Source of the DNA: Raja brachyura
Lineage: Eukaryota
NCBI GenBank assembly: GCA_963514005.1
Contig: OY740801.1
Location: forward strand, 27,156,001 to 27,220,000
Direction of reading: 5' to 3'
Length of the DNA stretch: 64,000 nucleotides
Below, in pieces: positions 62,379-64,000 of the stretch; positions within the stretch are counted from its first letter, which is position 1; each line of letters begins with the position of its first letter. Below the pieces are notes generated by a model. That model worked only from the letters and a program-made list of their open reading frames with translations, had not been told where the DNA came from and ran no database searches. The translations under genes and the position numbers were made by a program.

Positions 62379-62834
62379 ATTACCTGCCATGCTGTGTCTG
62401 CTGCCGCTCTTCCAGTTTTCTTCCCCTCCCCCCACTTGCAATCAGTCTGAAGTTGGATTCCAACCTGAAATGTCATCATCCATATTCTCCAGAGATGCTG
62501 CCTGACCTGCTGAGTTACTCCAGCACTTTGTGTCTTTTTTTGTAATCCAGCATCTGCAGTTCTTTGTTTCTACAAGTGAGCTGAGATGTTTGATATTTGT
62601 GATGCTGTTGCCCATCAGTGATCTTAATCAACACGGTTTGATAATTCTCCTTGGACTCCTAGAGTTCCATAACATGGAAACTGACCCTTCGGGTCAACTC
62701 ATACATGTTGCCTGACTTGAGCTAGTATAACTTACCTGCGCCACTTCAAAATGATTCCATGCACAGCCTTTTATTTAATTGCATTGCAAATGTGGGGAGA
62801 TGCCACATTGAAACAAACCCATTACAATGGATTT

Positions 62835-64000
62835 GTTTAAGAAAGAACTGCAGATGCTGGAAAAATCGAAGGTAGACAAAAATGCTGGAGAAACTCAGCG
62901 GGTGAGGCAGCATCTATGGAGCAGTGGAATAGGTGAAGTTTTGAGTCGAGACCCTTCTTCAGACAGATGTGGGGGGGGGGGGATGGGCGGGAAGAAGAAA
63001 GGAAGATGCGGAGACAGTGGGCTGTGGGAGAACTGGGAAGGGGAGGGGAAGGAGGGAGAAAGCAAGGACTTCCTGAAACTGGAGAAGTCAATGTTCGTAC
63101 AGCTAGGGTGTAAACTACCCAAGCGAAATATGAGGTGCTGCTCCTCCAATTTGCGGTGGGACTCACTCTGGCCATGGAGGATGCCCAGGACAGAAAGGTC
63201 GGATTCAGAATGGGAGGGGGAATTGAAGTGCTGAGCCACCGGGAGATCGGGTTGGTTAGTGCGGACTGAGCAGAGGTGTTGGGCGAAGCGATCGCCAAGC
63301 CTGCACTTGGTCTCACCGATGTAGAGCAGTTGACACATAAAACAGCGGATGCAATAGATGAGGTTGGAGGAGGTGCAGGTGAACCTCTGCCACACCTGGA
63401 AAGACTGCTTGGGTCCTTGGATGGAGTTGAGCGGGGCAGGTAAAGAGACGAGTGTAGCATTTCCTGCAGTTGCAAGGGAAAGTACCAGGGGAGGCGGTGG
63501 TTTGGATGGGAAGGGACAAATTGACCAGGGAGTTACAGAGGGAGCGGTCTCTGCGGAAAGCCAAAAGTGTCGGAGATGAGAAGATCTGGCCAGTGGTAGG
63601 ATGCCATTGGAGGTGGGCGAAAATGTCAGAGGATTATCTGTTGTATGTGACGGCTGGTAGGGTGGAAGGTGAGGACAAGGGGGACGCTGCCCTTGTTACA
63701 AGTGGGGGTATGGGGAATGAGAGCGGAGCTACGGGATATAGAGGAGACCCTGGTGAAAGACTCATCTATAGTCGAAGAGGGGAACCCCCGATCCCTAAAG
63801 AATGAGGTCATCTCCGATGCCCTGGTTTGGAACACCTCATCCTGGGTGCAGATGCGGCGTAGACGGAGGAATTAGGAGGTGGAGATAGAGTCCTTACAGG
63901 AAGCAGGGTGGGAAGAAGTATAGTCCAGATAGCCATGGGAGTCAGTGGGTTTGTAGTAGATGTCGGTCAGTAGTCTGTTTCCTGCGATGGAGATAGTGAG
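62835..64000 (-). mobile_element. Penelope-like retroelement (RT thumb, GIY-YIG, terminal repeat), runs off the window
   Basis: TDIYYKPTDSHGYLDYTSSHP...FLRLRRIC and FTCTSSNLIYCIRC...LYIGETKCRLGDRFAQH...KLEEQHLIFRLG, with stops and frameshifts. Confidence 0.92.

Overview
This is repeat-rich vertebrate genomic DNA, most likely from a cartilaginous fish (skate/ray-like), judged from HE1/V-type SINEs, CR1 and Penelope elements. Two host genes lie head-to-head. PRKAR1B (minus strand) has a putative non-coding exon 1 near 30.3 kb and coding exons at 29748-29915, 10322-10492 and 7553-7644, and continues beyond the left edge. DNAAF5/HEATR2 (plus strand) has exon 1 at 57381-57915, preceded by an RFX X-box. 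The rest is mostly transposable elements: two young CR1 LINEs, Penelope-like elements with many hammerhead-ribozyme-like motifs, a Tc1 IR/DR element, two hAT elements carrying a LINE fragment, four non-autonomous Helitron-like elements, MITEs/foldbacks, a Gypsy 3' end with LTR, RTE-derived short elements and SINEs. The most unusual signal is two related cassettes carrying fragments of a ZFP36/TTP-family gene (CCCH fingers and the C-terminal NOT1-binding motif). One sits inside an apparent TIR transposon with TA flanks, suggesting a gene-capturing mobile family. Element boundaries were read by eye, and family names are recalled rather than searched.
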